A DNA stretch of 20,000 bases from an uncultured virus (IMG/VR IMGVR_UViG_3300044267_003392) (IMGVR_UViG_3300044267_003392), one strand, 5' to 3'; shown: positions 1 to 7,022, counted from the first letter of the stretch. Made by a program: numbers and translations. Notes: generated by a model from the letters alone, not told the origin.

Positions 1-1289
1 TCCTCGGCGAACTTTTTATTGGGCGCCCATATAGCTCCTGACTCAAATAGTGGAGCCACGCTGTTTACCCTCGAGTGTTTATCATTTCCTCGTGAGGGTG
101 TATAATTTATAACAGGTATTCCTGCTTTTTGCAACTCATGAGTGAGTGGCATGCCAGATGCCTTTGCTTCTATCAAAATTGTCTCCGGTTCCCAGTATTT
201 ATATTCTTCTTGTGCTATTTGTTTTAGTTCAGGAAAGTTCCAACGTCCTTTTTTCGCGTCCAGTAGAATTAATGCTTGCGGACCACCTTCTTCAGGCTCA
301 AATACGCCCCATGTTGTTATTGCCGAGTAATCGGCTGTCTCTTTTGCACTAAACGCTGTATCATAGCTTTGTATAATGTATTTTAGGTGCGGAATTGTAT
401 CTTCTTCCCATGTTTGCCACCATTCACGTTTTATAAGTGCACCTTCCTCGGATGTAGGCTGTTGCATCCACTGTGCTTGCCATTTTGACTCTGGAATAGA
501 TGCCTTGACACCTTGTAGACCTTTCATGGTCCAAAAATTACCCCACATGGGTTTGTCATTTATAATTGCAGGGAATTCGACAACTTCCCATTGATCAGAA
601 TCTTCTGCCTTACCCTGGGCCTCGAGCAGCCGTCCAGTGAGATCTTTTATTGACCATCTTGTCATAACGACAACGATTGAACCGCCAGGTTGTAGACGTT
701 GACGCGGACCGGATGTATACCATTCGTAATGTGAGTCTAGAACGGCCGGCGAAAGTGCATCTTGCTCGGAATGAGGGTCATCAATGATAAGTAAGTCTGC
801 ACCACGTCCTGTAATCGCACCACCCACACCTGCAGCGAAGTATTCACCGCCATGGTTTGACTCCCAACGGCCGGCGGCCTTTGAATCAGCTGCTAATCTG
901 ACTGTAGGGAAAACTGTTTCGTACTCTGGCGACTCTATAACGTTCTTGGCCTTCCGACCGAACCTAATTGCCAGTTCGCCTGTGTGTGTTGTTTGGATAA
1001 GCTTGGCCTTTGGATGGTTGCCCATGTAAAATGCAGGAAAAAGGTTAGATGCGAACTCCGATTTTGTATGTCGGGGTGGCATATTGACAATAAGGCGCTT
1101 TAATTCGCCTTTTGCAATACGATTTAGCTTCTCTGCGTAGATGCGATGGTGTTTTCCTTCTATAAAATCAGGCCAAACAGTCTTGACAAACGATAAAAAA
1201 TCATTTTGTGACTTTTCTTGCTTGTCTAACAGCGCATTTTTAAGAATATACTTTAAAGTTTGGGTATCAAGCGTCTCTAAATTGCTCAT
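1..1289 (-). CDS. terL: Terminase large subunit, 3' end runs off the window
   Basis: Hand translation from ATG at 1289 (not in the ORF track because it has no stop in the window): MSNLETLDTQ...KRLIVNMPPRHTKSEFAS (Walker A-like), GVGGAITGRGADLLIIDDPH (Walker B), VVVMTRW (motif III), QSYDTAFSAKETADYSA (RNase H-like nuclease), IEAKASG. ATGA overlap with the upstream ORF. Confidence 0.95.
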   Translation of the reverse strand, partial: MSNLETLDTQTLKYILKNALLDKQEKSQNDFLSFVKTVWPDFIEGKHHRIYAEKLNRIAKGELKRLIVNMPPRHTKSEFASNLFPAFYMGNHPKAKLIQTTHTGELAIRFGRKAKNVIESPEYETVFPTVRLAADSKAAGRWESNHGGEYFAAGVGGAITGRGADLLIIDDPHSEQDALSPAVLDSHYEWYTSGPRQRLQPGGSIVVVMTRWSIKDLTGRLLEAQGKAEDSDQWEVVEFPAIINDKPMWGNFWTMKGLQGVKASIPESKWQAQWMQQPTSEEGALIKREWWQTWEEDTIPHLKYIIQSYDTAFSAKETADYSAITTWGVFEPEEGGPQALILLDAKKGRWNFPELKQIAQEEYKYWEPETILIEAKASGMPLTHELQKAGIPVINYTPSRGNDKHSRVNSVAPLFESGAIWAPNKKFAE

Positions 1290-1924
1290 TTTTGCTCTTT
1301 TAAGTCATAAAAATAGTTTTCATCGTCGCCAGCAGTCCATTTTGACTTATTTTCAACAGAATAATACTCTGTTGACACTTTAAAATCAGGCTGCGTCGTT
1401 TCTGACGGCGTTAATGACTTATCGTAGAATATAACACGGTTATTTGGCTGTGCTGCGTAATGACCATTGTCCAATTCTAGTATGTTAAACGATTTATGCT
1501 CCTCTGGGACCTCAGAATAAGATGTGTTTAAGGTGTTACTGTCCGCATGGCAGTTGTCAATCGTAAACAAGTATTCACCATAGTACCATTTTTTTGAGGG
1601 CGCAAGGAATTTACATCTAACGCCGGAAAGCGAAGCTTTTTCTACAATAGTAAAGTGATAGCTAAACGCATCCCACAGTTCTAGTTCTTCTAAAGGAAGA
1701 TCTTGATCAGTAGGGGCAGTGACAAAAGCACTAATAGGGAGCTTATCGTATAAAGCACCATATTCCGGCAGATACGTTTCAAAGTAAAGTGCTCGACCTT
1801 GGATAGATTTACAGCTAACCCAAACACCTTCTACAAATTCTCCTTGTCCTTTTTTGTGATCATATAAATATTGTTTTTTTACAAACACCTTTATAGGTGG
1901 TAAGTTCGCAACTAAAAAAGCCAT
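1286..1924 (-). CDS. Hypothetical phage protein (212 aa)
   Basis: Long clean ORF coupled to terL by an ATGA overlap; no catalytic motif recognised. Confidence 0.85.
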   Translation of the reverse strand: MAFLVANLPPIKVFVKKQYLYDHKKGQGEFVEGVWVSCKSIQGRALYFETYLPEYGALYDKLPISAFVTAPTDQDLPLEELELWDAFSYHFTIVEKASLSGVRCKFLAPSKKWYYGEYLFTIDNCHADSNTLNTSYSEVPEEHKSFNILELDNGHYAAQPNNRVIFYDKSLTPSETTQPDFKVSTEYYSVENKSKWTAGDDENYFYDLKEQK

Positions 1925-2059
1925 AAACGATTTAATTTTTTTAAAAATTTTTTATAACGTTTTTTACGAAGATTGTCACTCTCAAACTTGCCTCTACATA
2001 ATTCAAAGCATGCTTACGCAAAAAGGGGGGGTTGGGGGTCGTTTATGTCCCGGGCAAAA

Positions 2060-2085
2060 GTTATCCACAGGTTATCCACAGTCAA
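2060..2085 (-). promoter_or_regulatory. Tandem DnaA boxes overlapping a possible sigma70 promoter facing terL
   Basis: TTATCCACA at 2061-2069 and 2072-2080. The minus strand reads TTGACT (2085-2080), 16 nt, TAACTT. Confidence 0.6.
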
Positions 2086-2136
2086 TGTAGCATATTGTCA
2101 CACCCGGGCAACCACTACATACTGTGGTCAGGGCAT

Positions 2137-2165
2137 AAAAAAAGGGCTACATATAGTAGCCCTTT
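2137..2165 (-). terminator. Rho-independent terminator
   Basis: Perfect stem AAAGGGCTAC-atata-GTAGCCCTTT followed by a T run on the minus strand, about 20 nt after the stop of ORF 2185-2481. Confidence 0.85.
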
Positions 2166-2184
2166 CTTCGAGAATTAGCTGAGA

Positions 2185-2481
2185 CTAACCAGCTAAACCT
2201 AGTCGCTTTAACAGATAGCCAACATCACCTTGCATATGATGTAGCAACTGCATACGATTGTCTTTATCTTCTGCAATCCATTCAACAATAGAATTACATA
2301 ATACACCACTAATCAACTTCCAATCCAAGCTATCCTTACGAGGAACACTTGATATAATTGATTCGAGGTCGCCAACGCTTGCTTGGTCTTTAGCATACTC
2401 AACTACTTCCGTAAGTACAGGTGTAATATCCACACCCTTTACTGATTCTACTTTAACTACTTCTTTAGATTCATTAGTCAT
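2185..2481 (-). CDS. Hypothetical protein (98 aa)
   Basis: Strong RBS (AAAGGAG) upstream and a terminator downstream. Confidence 0.85.
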   Translation of the reverse strand: MTNESKEVVKVESVKGVDITPVLTEVVEYAKDQASVGDLESIISSVPRKDSLDWKLISGVLCNSIVEWIAEDKDNRMQLLHHMQGDVGYLLKRLGLAG

Positions 2482-2497
2482 TTCTAATTCTCCTTTG

Positions 2498-2575
2498 TTA
2501 ACTAATTGATAATATAAAGCTATATCCTATAAACCACATAATAGATACACCTATTATTAATGTTATAATATTCAT
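2498..2575 (-). CDS. Small hydrophobic peptide MNIITLIIGVSIMWFIGYSFILSIS (25 aa)
   Basis: ATGA overlap with the stop of ORF 2572-2838; fills the gap up to the next RBS; single TM-like stretch. Confidence 0.55.
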   Translation of the reverse strand: MNIITLIIGVSIMWFIGYSFILSIS

Positions 2576-2838
2576 TGTGGATAACTCTTTCCGCTAATCT
2601 CAAATACAGTATTAGGATTGACATTAGCCCAACGTTGAAACCCCTCTTTAGCTCTACTATTAATCTTAAATACTAATACATAGTTAGGGTGTTCAGTCAC
2701 TTTCTTTTCTTGGGTAAATCTATATCCAAGTTTACCAAGTACACCTAGTTTGATGTGTCCTATTTGTCCGTTGTTCTTTCTCCACTTACAGCTAAAGAAA
2801 CCACGTTTAACAATATCTTTAAATTGATTCTTAGTCAT
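2572..2838 (-). CDS. Hypothetical basic protein (88 aa)
   Basis: ORF preceded by a purine-rich AGAAAGAGAAAG leader. Confidence 0.8.
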   Translation of the reverse strand: MTKNQFKDIVKRGFFSCKWRKNNGQIGHIKLGVLGKLGYRFTQEKKVTEHPNYVLVFKINSRAKEGFQRWANVNPNTVFEISGKSYPQ

Positions 2839-3050
2839 ATCTTTCTCTTTCTATTTATTAACCTACCACTATGCACATAAATAAGACAATAATAAGATGA
2901 CAAATTGTCGCACCCGGGCAAATAACTGGTAGCGAGATGGCAGATGTGAATGGATGAAGATGGGAAGGAAGCGGGCGCCCGGTGTATAAACGTGGGAGCT
3001 TCAGCTACTAGTTGTGTTGGTTGTTAGGGAGCTTGGGAGTTTTAAGGGAA

Positions 3051-3150
3051 GAAGGCTTTAGGTATTCTTAGAAGTTTCCCCACTAACTCTAGGTTAGTGT
3101 TCACGACTTCCCTTTTTTGCGAGGGCTTACAGATATAACTACCATGCCTC
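3051..3150 (-). ncRNA. Candidate ~100-nt structured RNA
   Basis: Immediately downstream of promoter 3167-3195. Nested pairings on the minus strand: GAGGC/GCCUU, GGUA/UACC, CCCU/AGGG, AAGU/ACUU enclosing CACUAAC/GUUAGUG. Only a 14-codon ORF is present. Confidence 0.4.
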
Positions 3151-3166
3151 TTAGTTAACTATTCTT

Positions 3167-3195
3167 ATTATACCACACCAAGGTCGGTCGTCCAA
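3167..3195 (-). promoter_or_regulatory. Sigma70-type promoter with a DnaA box just upstream (3214-3222)
   Basis: TTGGAC-17 nt-TATAAT with an extended -10 TG. Confidence 0.75.
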
Positions 3196-3436
3196 GGACA
3201 TTAACAAATATCTTGTGGATAACCCAATTCTTATACTGTGCAGTACCAAACCATGTCTTTCTATTATAATATATCATAACTCAGCAGTTCCCCGGCGCGC
3301 CCGGTGTAGTTAGTCGACAACCAGCCAACATTATGCTGGTTGGTTGTTCCAGGAGTTTGGAGTTTGCAGCAGCTCCTGCTGCCTGGCAGCTACTGACCAG
3401 CAGTACCTGCATCTCCTGCTGCAGCTACGCAGCTGT

Positions 3437-3514
3437 TTAGTATATTAATATGTACCATGCCAAAAGGCAGAAAACCGCCAATTTTACAGGTATAAGTAGC
3501 ATTAGTCAGTCCAT
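3437..3514 (-). pseudogene. Small membrane peptide interrupted by TGA at codon 3 (MD*LMLLIPVKLAVFCLLAWYILIY), or a minigene plus a 21-aa peptide
   Basis: RBS GAGG before ATG 3514, then GAC TGA; the frame continues to TAA at 3437. Resembles the peptide at 7019-7126. Confidence 0.5.
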
Positions 3515-3543
3515 ATTTACCTCTCTTTCTCATTCTATCTTCA

Positions 3544-3572
3544 GGTGTATCCCATCTGGAAGCGTCTGTCAA
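3544..3572 (-). promoter_or_regulatory. Probable sigma70-type promoter
   Basis: TTGACA-17 nt-TACACC, 30 nt upstream of ATG 3514. Confidence 0.55.
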
Positions 3573-3716
3573 CAGTCATGCTTCGAAAAATAATGGCGGA
3601 AAACCACGAAAAAACTTTTTAGGTTAACGGGATCGCGCCCGGGCTACAATGACACCATATCACCCCCACCTATAGGCGAGGGAGATATTCATCGGAGTTT
3701 GGGAGTTTGCCTACTT

Positions 3717-3929
3717 TCAGTTGCTAAACACCTCGTACATCTTGTCCAATGTACTTCTGTTATCTGAATGTGCCTCATCGACTCTATCAGCATTTCGCTT
3801 CATTACAGGAACAACACTATCATAGTGCTGTGATATCTTTCGCAAGGTATCGTTTTGTTCTTCTAATGATTCGTTGATTCTATTTAACGCATCCACTATT
3901 GGATCGTATTTATCTTCTGGTAATACCAT
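3717..3929 (-). CDS. Hypothetical helical or coiled-coil protein (70 aa)
   Basis: RBS AAAGGAG and a perfect promoter directly upstream. Confidence 0.85.
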   Translation of the reverse strand: MVLPEDKYDPIVDALNRINESLEEQNDTLRKISQHYDSVVPVMKRNADRVDEAHSDNRSTLDKMYEVFSN

Positions 3930-3960
3930 GATAACTCCTTTGTTTCTAATTCTAAGTCCT

Positions 3961-3989
3961 ATTATAGCAGAAAGTTATCCACATGTCAA
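3961..3989 (-). promoter_or_regulatory. Perfect consensus sigma70 promoter with a DnaA box in its spacer
   Basis: TTGACA-tgtggataactttctgc (17 nt)-TATAAT; TTATCCACA at 3975-3983 abuts the -35 box. Confidence 0.9.
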
Positions 3990-4049
3990 TGGCAGAAGTT
4001 ACCATCCTGCTGCGCAGCTGGGCCCTGGTCAACTGATGGAAGACATCAA

Positions 4050-4502
4050 CTATATTTTTTGGCGGTTTTGTTGGAGTTTGGGAGTTTGCGAGCTTCGGAC
4101 AGCTGCCAGAAGACCAGCGGGCGCCCGGGCTACTGGACCATGCCACAAGGACCTTGGCCCTTGGGTGTATTTTTGACGGAGTTTGGGAGTTTCGGTGCCG
4201 TGAAAAACGTTTACGGTGCGTGAGTCTGGGTCGTATACCATAATAAATACAGGTGCGCCAAGCATACCATGTTTGACATGCCATGCATTTTGTAAGGGTG
4301 AAATTAGTACCGTTTCGGTACCATTTTTATTACGTTTAAGCACCTTTAATTCAAGCGTAAAAAATCCTGTGTCTTTATGAAATACTACGCAATCTGGGAA
4401 ACCTGGCGTAACGTAGGACTCAATACGAGACACAACAAAATTACCATCGCTTAAACATGTCTTTAAACTCTTCCAAAAGTTTGTTTCCGTCTTTGCGGTC
4501 AT
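4050..4502 (-). CDS. VRR-NUC / Holliday-junction-resolvase-like PD-(D/E)XK nuclease
   Basis: E-x-x-FW, TPGFPD, LELK and SPLQNAWH motifs typical of phage VRR-NUC-like nucleases. The C-terminal tail is encoded by two repeat copies. Confidence 0.75.
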   Translation of the reverse strand: MTAKTETNFWKSLKTCLSDGNFVVSRIESYVTPGFPDCVVFHKDTGFFTLELKVLKRNKNGTETVLISPLQNAWHVKHGMLGAPVFIMVYDPDSRTVNVFHGTETPKLRQKYTQGPRSLWHGPVARAPAGLLAAVRSSQTPKLQQNRQKI

Positions 4503-4510
4503 AACTTTTC

Positions 4511-5146
4511 TTACTCTTCTTGACTCTCTGATGATACTGGCGTGATGTCTTTAGGTCCTTCGCTATCGGATTTCTCTTCGACCGATAAGACTGTGTTGAC
4601 TCCCTCTTTTTTGAATTCACCTGTTAATCCTAGCTCCTTTAATTGTCTTAGTACATCATCTCGAGACATGTCATCAATAGATCCTGTTCTAATTTCTTTT
4701 CTCTCAACATACAATCCTGCAGCTTGTCCTCGTAACCGTTCTGCATTTATAGCAGCACTGTGTGATTTGTCTTGTAATGCCTTCTCACGTAGTCTTGCTA
4801 ATTCTGTCACATGTTTATTCATTTCTACCTTGTGTGTCTCGTACAATTCATTTCTTTTTTTGTTCACTATTTGTACCACTTTAGGATATTTCTTTACATT
4901 CAACAACTCAGAAGCTGTTGTTGCAGCACGTTCAGGTTTATAGCCTGCTTGTCTTGCACATTCTGTTGGTGTTATTCTACCTTCGTTAGCAACATATATA
5001 TCTACAAATATTCTTTGCCTATCTGTCAATCCATCAGCACCTCTTGGGTGTTTTAATGCCATATCACGAGTATTACGGATGGTATTACCAACCACCTTCT
5101 CTTCAATCTTCTTTAACTTACTGTTATATATATCTTTTTCACTCAT
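4511..5146 (-). CDS. terS: Terminase small subunit
   Basis: LTDRQRIFVDIY...CARQAGY...TASELL HTH pattern and SAAINAERLRGQAAGLY. Start placed at MSEKD (5146) because of a GGAG RBS. Confidence 0.85.
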   Translation of the reverse strand: MSEKDIYNSKLKKIEEKVVGNTIRNTRDMALKHPRGADGLTDRQRIFVDIYVANEGRITPTECARQAGYKPERAATTASELLNVKKYPKVVQIVNKKRNELYETHKVEMNKHVTELARLREKALQDKSHSAAINAERLRGQAAGLYVERKEIRTGSIDDMSRDDVLRQLKELGLTGEFKKEGVNTVLSVEEKSDSEGPKDITPVSSESQEE

Positions 5147-5340
5147 TTTAACTCCAAAATACAATAATTTGACTCTTTACCCATGAACTCGTAATACCTT
5201 CGTAATACCTGGTATCCCTTATCCCATATAGAGAATTGGCAAAAGGTATTACGGTATTGGCAAATCCCGGTAAATAAAAAAACAAAAAAACTTTTTAGCA
5301 TCCAGCGCACAATACAATACCTATGGTAATACGACAATAC
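5070..5340. repeat. Cluster of GTAATAC/GTATTAC direct and inverted repeats
   Basis: GTATTAC at 5070, 5082 and 5246; GTAATAC at 5191, 5202 and 5326; CAATAC at 5310, 5315 and 5335; 11-bp inverted pair CGTAATACCTT (5190-5200) / AAGGTATTACG (5243-5253). Confidence 0.8.
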
Positions 5341-5542
5341 TTCTCTTCGAATATGGTATATCGTCAACATATCCGCGCTTTTTTAGTGCTTGCACGTATG
5401 CATGCACATTACTCTTTGACTTCATGTTATTCATTTGTTTTAACTCTTCGTACGATGGAGAATAGCCATTTGCCTCTATAAAATCCTTAATTTTAGCTAA
5501 AAAATTCATCTGTTTTGGTGTTAATCCTTTCTTATTACTCAT
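5321..5542 (-). CDS. LexA-type DNA-binding domain protein (no peptidase domain)
   Basis: LTPKQ...IKDFIEANGYSPSYEEL...KSKSNVHAYVQALKKRGY...RSI matches the LexA N-terminal winged HTH; only 73 aa. Confidence 0.85.
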   Translation of the reverse strand: MSNKKGLTPKQMNFLAKIKDFIEANGYSPSYEELKQMNNMKSKSNVHAYVQALKKRGYVDDIPYSKRSIVVLP

Positions 5543-5559
5543 AATACCTCGCCAATACC

Positions 5560-5661
5560 TTATTTTTCCTTCTTAAACTTACGGCCTACAAAGAATACAA
5601 TAAGATTTTGTATTGTATTCACAGTCACCATTAATAATAACCAAAATTCCCATAACTCCAT
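5560..5661 (-). CDS. Small membrane peptide MELWEFWLLLMVTVNTIQNLIVFFVGRKFKKEK (33 aa)
   Basis: TAATG overlap with the upstream stop; fills the gap between genes. Confidence 0.6.
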   Translation of the reverse strand: MELWEFWLLLMVTVNTIQNLIVFFVGRKFKKEK

Positions 5662-6056
5662 TACCTTTTTTCTTCTAATCCTTTTGCATCTGGGTGACTC
5701 CAATAGTCTTTCCTAACTGTATTTAACATTTCTTCTGCACCCCACTCATCTATAGCTTCTTTTGTAATAGATCTTTCTAGTGTCTTTTGTATTTCTTTTT
5801 CCTCTTCTGTAAGTTGTATTCTTTTTGGCCCTTTCTTACGCACATACGTGTTTATTTTTGCCCACGTAATTGTGTATTCAGATGCCTTTGGCCTTACATA
5901 TCCTCTTGTAGGATCTAAACTTGGATACTCTGGTGTAGGACTGGTGTCAAAATTATTAGTTATATATTCCAATACTTTATCATCACTTTCAAATTGCTTT
6001 ACTATCTTCTCTACTATTACTTTGTCTTTCCATAAATTAATCTCGTACGTCTGCAT
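5661..6056 (-). CDS. Hypothetical protein (131 aa)
   Basis: ORF within a tightly packed minus-strand operon. Confidence 0.8.
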   Translation of the reverse strand: MQTYEINLWKDKVIVEKIVKQFESDDKVLEYITNNFDTSPTPEYPSLDPTRGYVRPKASEYTITWAKINTYVRKKGPKRIQLTEEEKEIQKTLERSITKEAIDEWGAEEMLNTVRKDYWSHPDAKGLEEKR

Positions 6057-6315
6057 GTGTTACCCTCAAATATTCTATCTTTTTTATCCATCCTTTTGGA
6101 ATAGCAATAGCACCACCCCCATGGTTATCGTCCCGGTCCAAGCACCACGAACGCATGATCACTATCTTTTCATCATTATTAACTGTCATCCACCCAACCT
6201 CTTGGCATGTCGCTAAAGGTGCAGCCATAATATCTTTTATATCAATCCACCCAGTCTCTGTGTCACGGGCATCCATCCACGTTACACGCACCATTGGCAC
6301 ATTGTTAATGTCCAT
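6037..6315 (-). CDS. Hypothetical phage protein (92 aa)
   Basis: Tightly packed ORF with VRVTWMDA...GW...IPKGWI pattern. Confidence 0.8.
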   Translation of the reverse strand: MDINNVPMVRVTWMDARDTETGWIDIKDIMAAPLATCQEVGWMTVNNDEKIVIMRSWCLDRDDNHGGGAIAIPKGWIKKIEYLRVTHADVRD

Positions 6316-6768
6316 TTAACTAAGCTTAGTTATTTTTTCTATCCACTCACGTATCATAGGTTTACTATTATACATGGGTCTTTTAAGATCCTCTCGTTGC
6401 CCACTGCCATCTTTACTAACAAAGGATAACGTTCTAATCATGGCATCTTCTTCATTCTTTGCACGAATCATGTAACTAAATGTTATCTCACGTTTCGTTG
6501 TAATTTGGTATGTATGCTTTTCTTCGCCTTTTTCTACATGGAATGACTTCATGCCACCAATTGATGTACCTTCCACAGGCTGTGTAAATGTTACTGTAGG
6601 GTCAGTAGGATTTGATTCTGCTTCCGCCAACGCTACCTCAGCTCTTGCATCACGTATTTTTTGTCGTTCTTTTTGTATATGGTCCCATTCTTGTGGACGT
6701 TCTTTTATTATAGCATCACGTAATTCAGCATGCTTTTTTTCTTCCGGTGTATTTAATTTTTTCTTCAT
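6316..6768 (-). CDS. Hypothetical protein (150 aa)
   Basis: Tightly packed ORF. Confidence 0.8.
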   Translation of the reverse strand: MKKKLNTPEEKKHAELRDAIIKERPQEWDHIQKERQKIRDARAEVALAEAESNPTDPTVTFTQPVEGTSIGGMKSFHVEKGEEKHTYQITTKREITFSYMIRAKNEEDAMIRTLSFVSKDGSGQREDLKRPMYNSKPMIREWIEKITKLS

Positions 6769-6845
6769 AATAATCGCTCATTAAATAATAACATAAATAT
6801 AACAACAACAATACAACCAAGCATTATTATAAGTTTTTCTTCCAT
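6765..6845 (-). CDS. Small membrane peptide MEEKLIIMLGCIVVVIFMLLFNERLL (26 aa)
   Basis: Abuts the upstream stop and overlaps the downstream start (ATGA). Confidence 0.6.
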   Translation of the reverse strand: MEEKLIIMLGCIVVVIFMLLFNERLL

Positions 6846-7022
6846 TTAAAATCCTGGGTACTCTGGACAAGACGTGCCGTCCATTGATTCATAATAACCT
6901 ACAGCATTATTTGCTGCACACATTTCTTCTTCGTTTTCTCTAAACATAGCATCATAAAATGCATCACGTGCACGTTTTAGTTCATCGTGCACACTAACCA
7001 TTTTAATTATTGGACCACTCAT
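6846..7022 (-). CDS. Hypothetical protein (58 aa, MSGPIIKMVSVHDELKRARDAFY...CPEYPGF)
   Basis: Hand translation; ATGA overlap with the upstream ORF. Confidence 0.7.
   Translation of the reverse strand: MSGPIIKMVSVHDELKRARDAFYDAMFRENEEEMCAANNAVGYYESMDGTSCPEYPGF

Larger units (their letters stand above)
2094..2921. repeat. 18-bp direct repeat ATTGTC(A/G)CACCCGGGCAA at 2094-2111 and 2904-2921, with a partial copy CCCGGGCAAA at 2049-2058
   Basis: Read directly; 17 of 18 bases identical. Confidence 0.85.
2975..4192. repeat. Five bipartite dispersed repeats GCGCCCGG-N(~45-51)-GGAGTTTGGGAGTTT
   Basis: Left and right halves at 2975/3028 (GGAGCTTGGGAGTTT), 3297/3352 (GGAGTTTGGAGTTT), 3635/3694, 4020 (variant GGGCCCTGG)/4073 and 4121/4178. 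Confidence 0.9.

Noticed and set aside
142..1383. Plus-strand ORFs 142-330, 146-352, 376-594, 784-1029 and 1141-1383
   Set aside because: Antisense shadows of terL.
2025..2038. G-quadruplex
   Set aside because: Only two G runs, so at most a weak two-tier structure.
3231..3254. Seven-codon ORF MVWYCTV after an AGAAAG leader
   Set aside because: Too short to distinguish from chance, with no clear promoter or RBS.
3506..3508. Genome-wide TGA reassignment to Trp
   Set aside because: TGA is a real stop in many ATGA overlaps (e.g. 1286, 2572, 7019, 7123, 13930), and long genes have no in-frame TGA.
3390..3572. 60-aa ORF from the track
   Set aside because: Its TTG start is the -35 hexamer of a promoter and has no RBS; the RBS-supported frame starts at 3514.
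2975..4192. CRISPR array interpretation of the repeats
   Set aside because: The units are bipartite, 100-385 bp apart and contain genes and promoters; no cas genes are in the window.
3874..5370. ORFs 3874-4176, 3952-4284, 4542-4943, 4811-5056 and 5143-5370
   Set aside because: They overlap better-supported genes, promoters or repeats and have no RBS or motif support.
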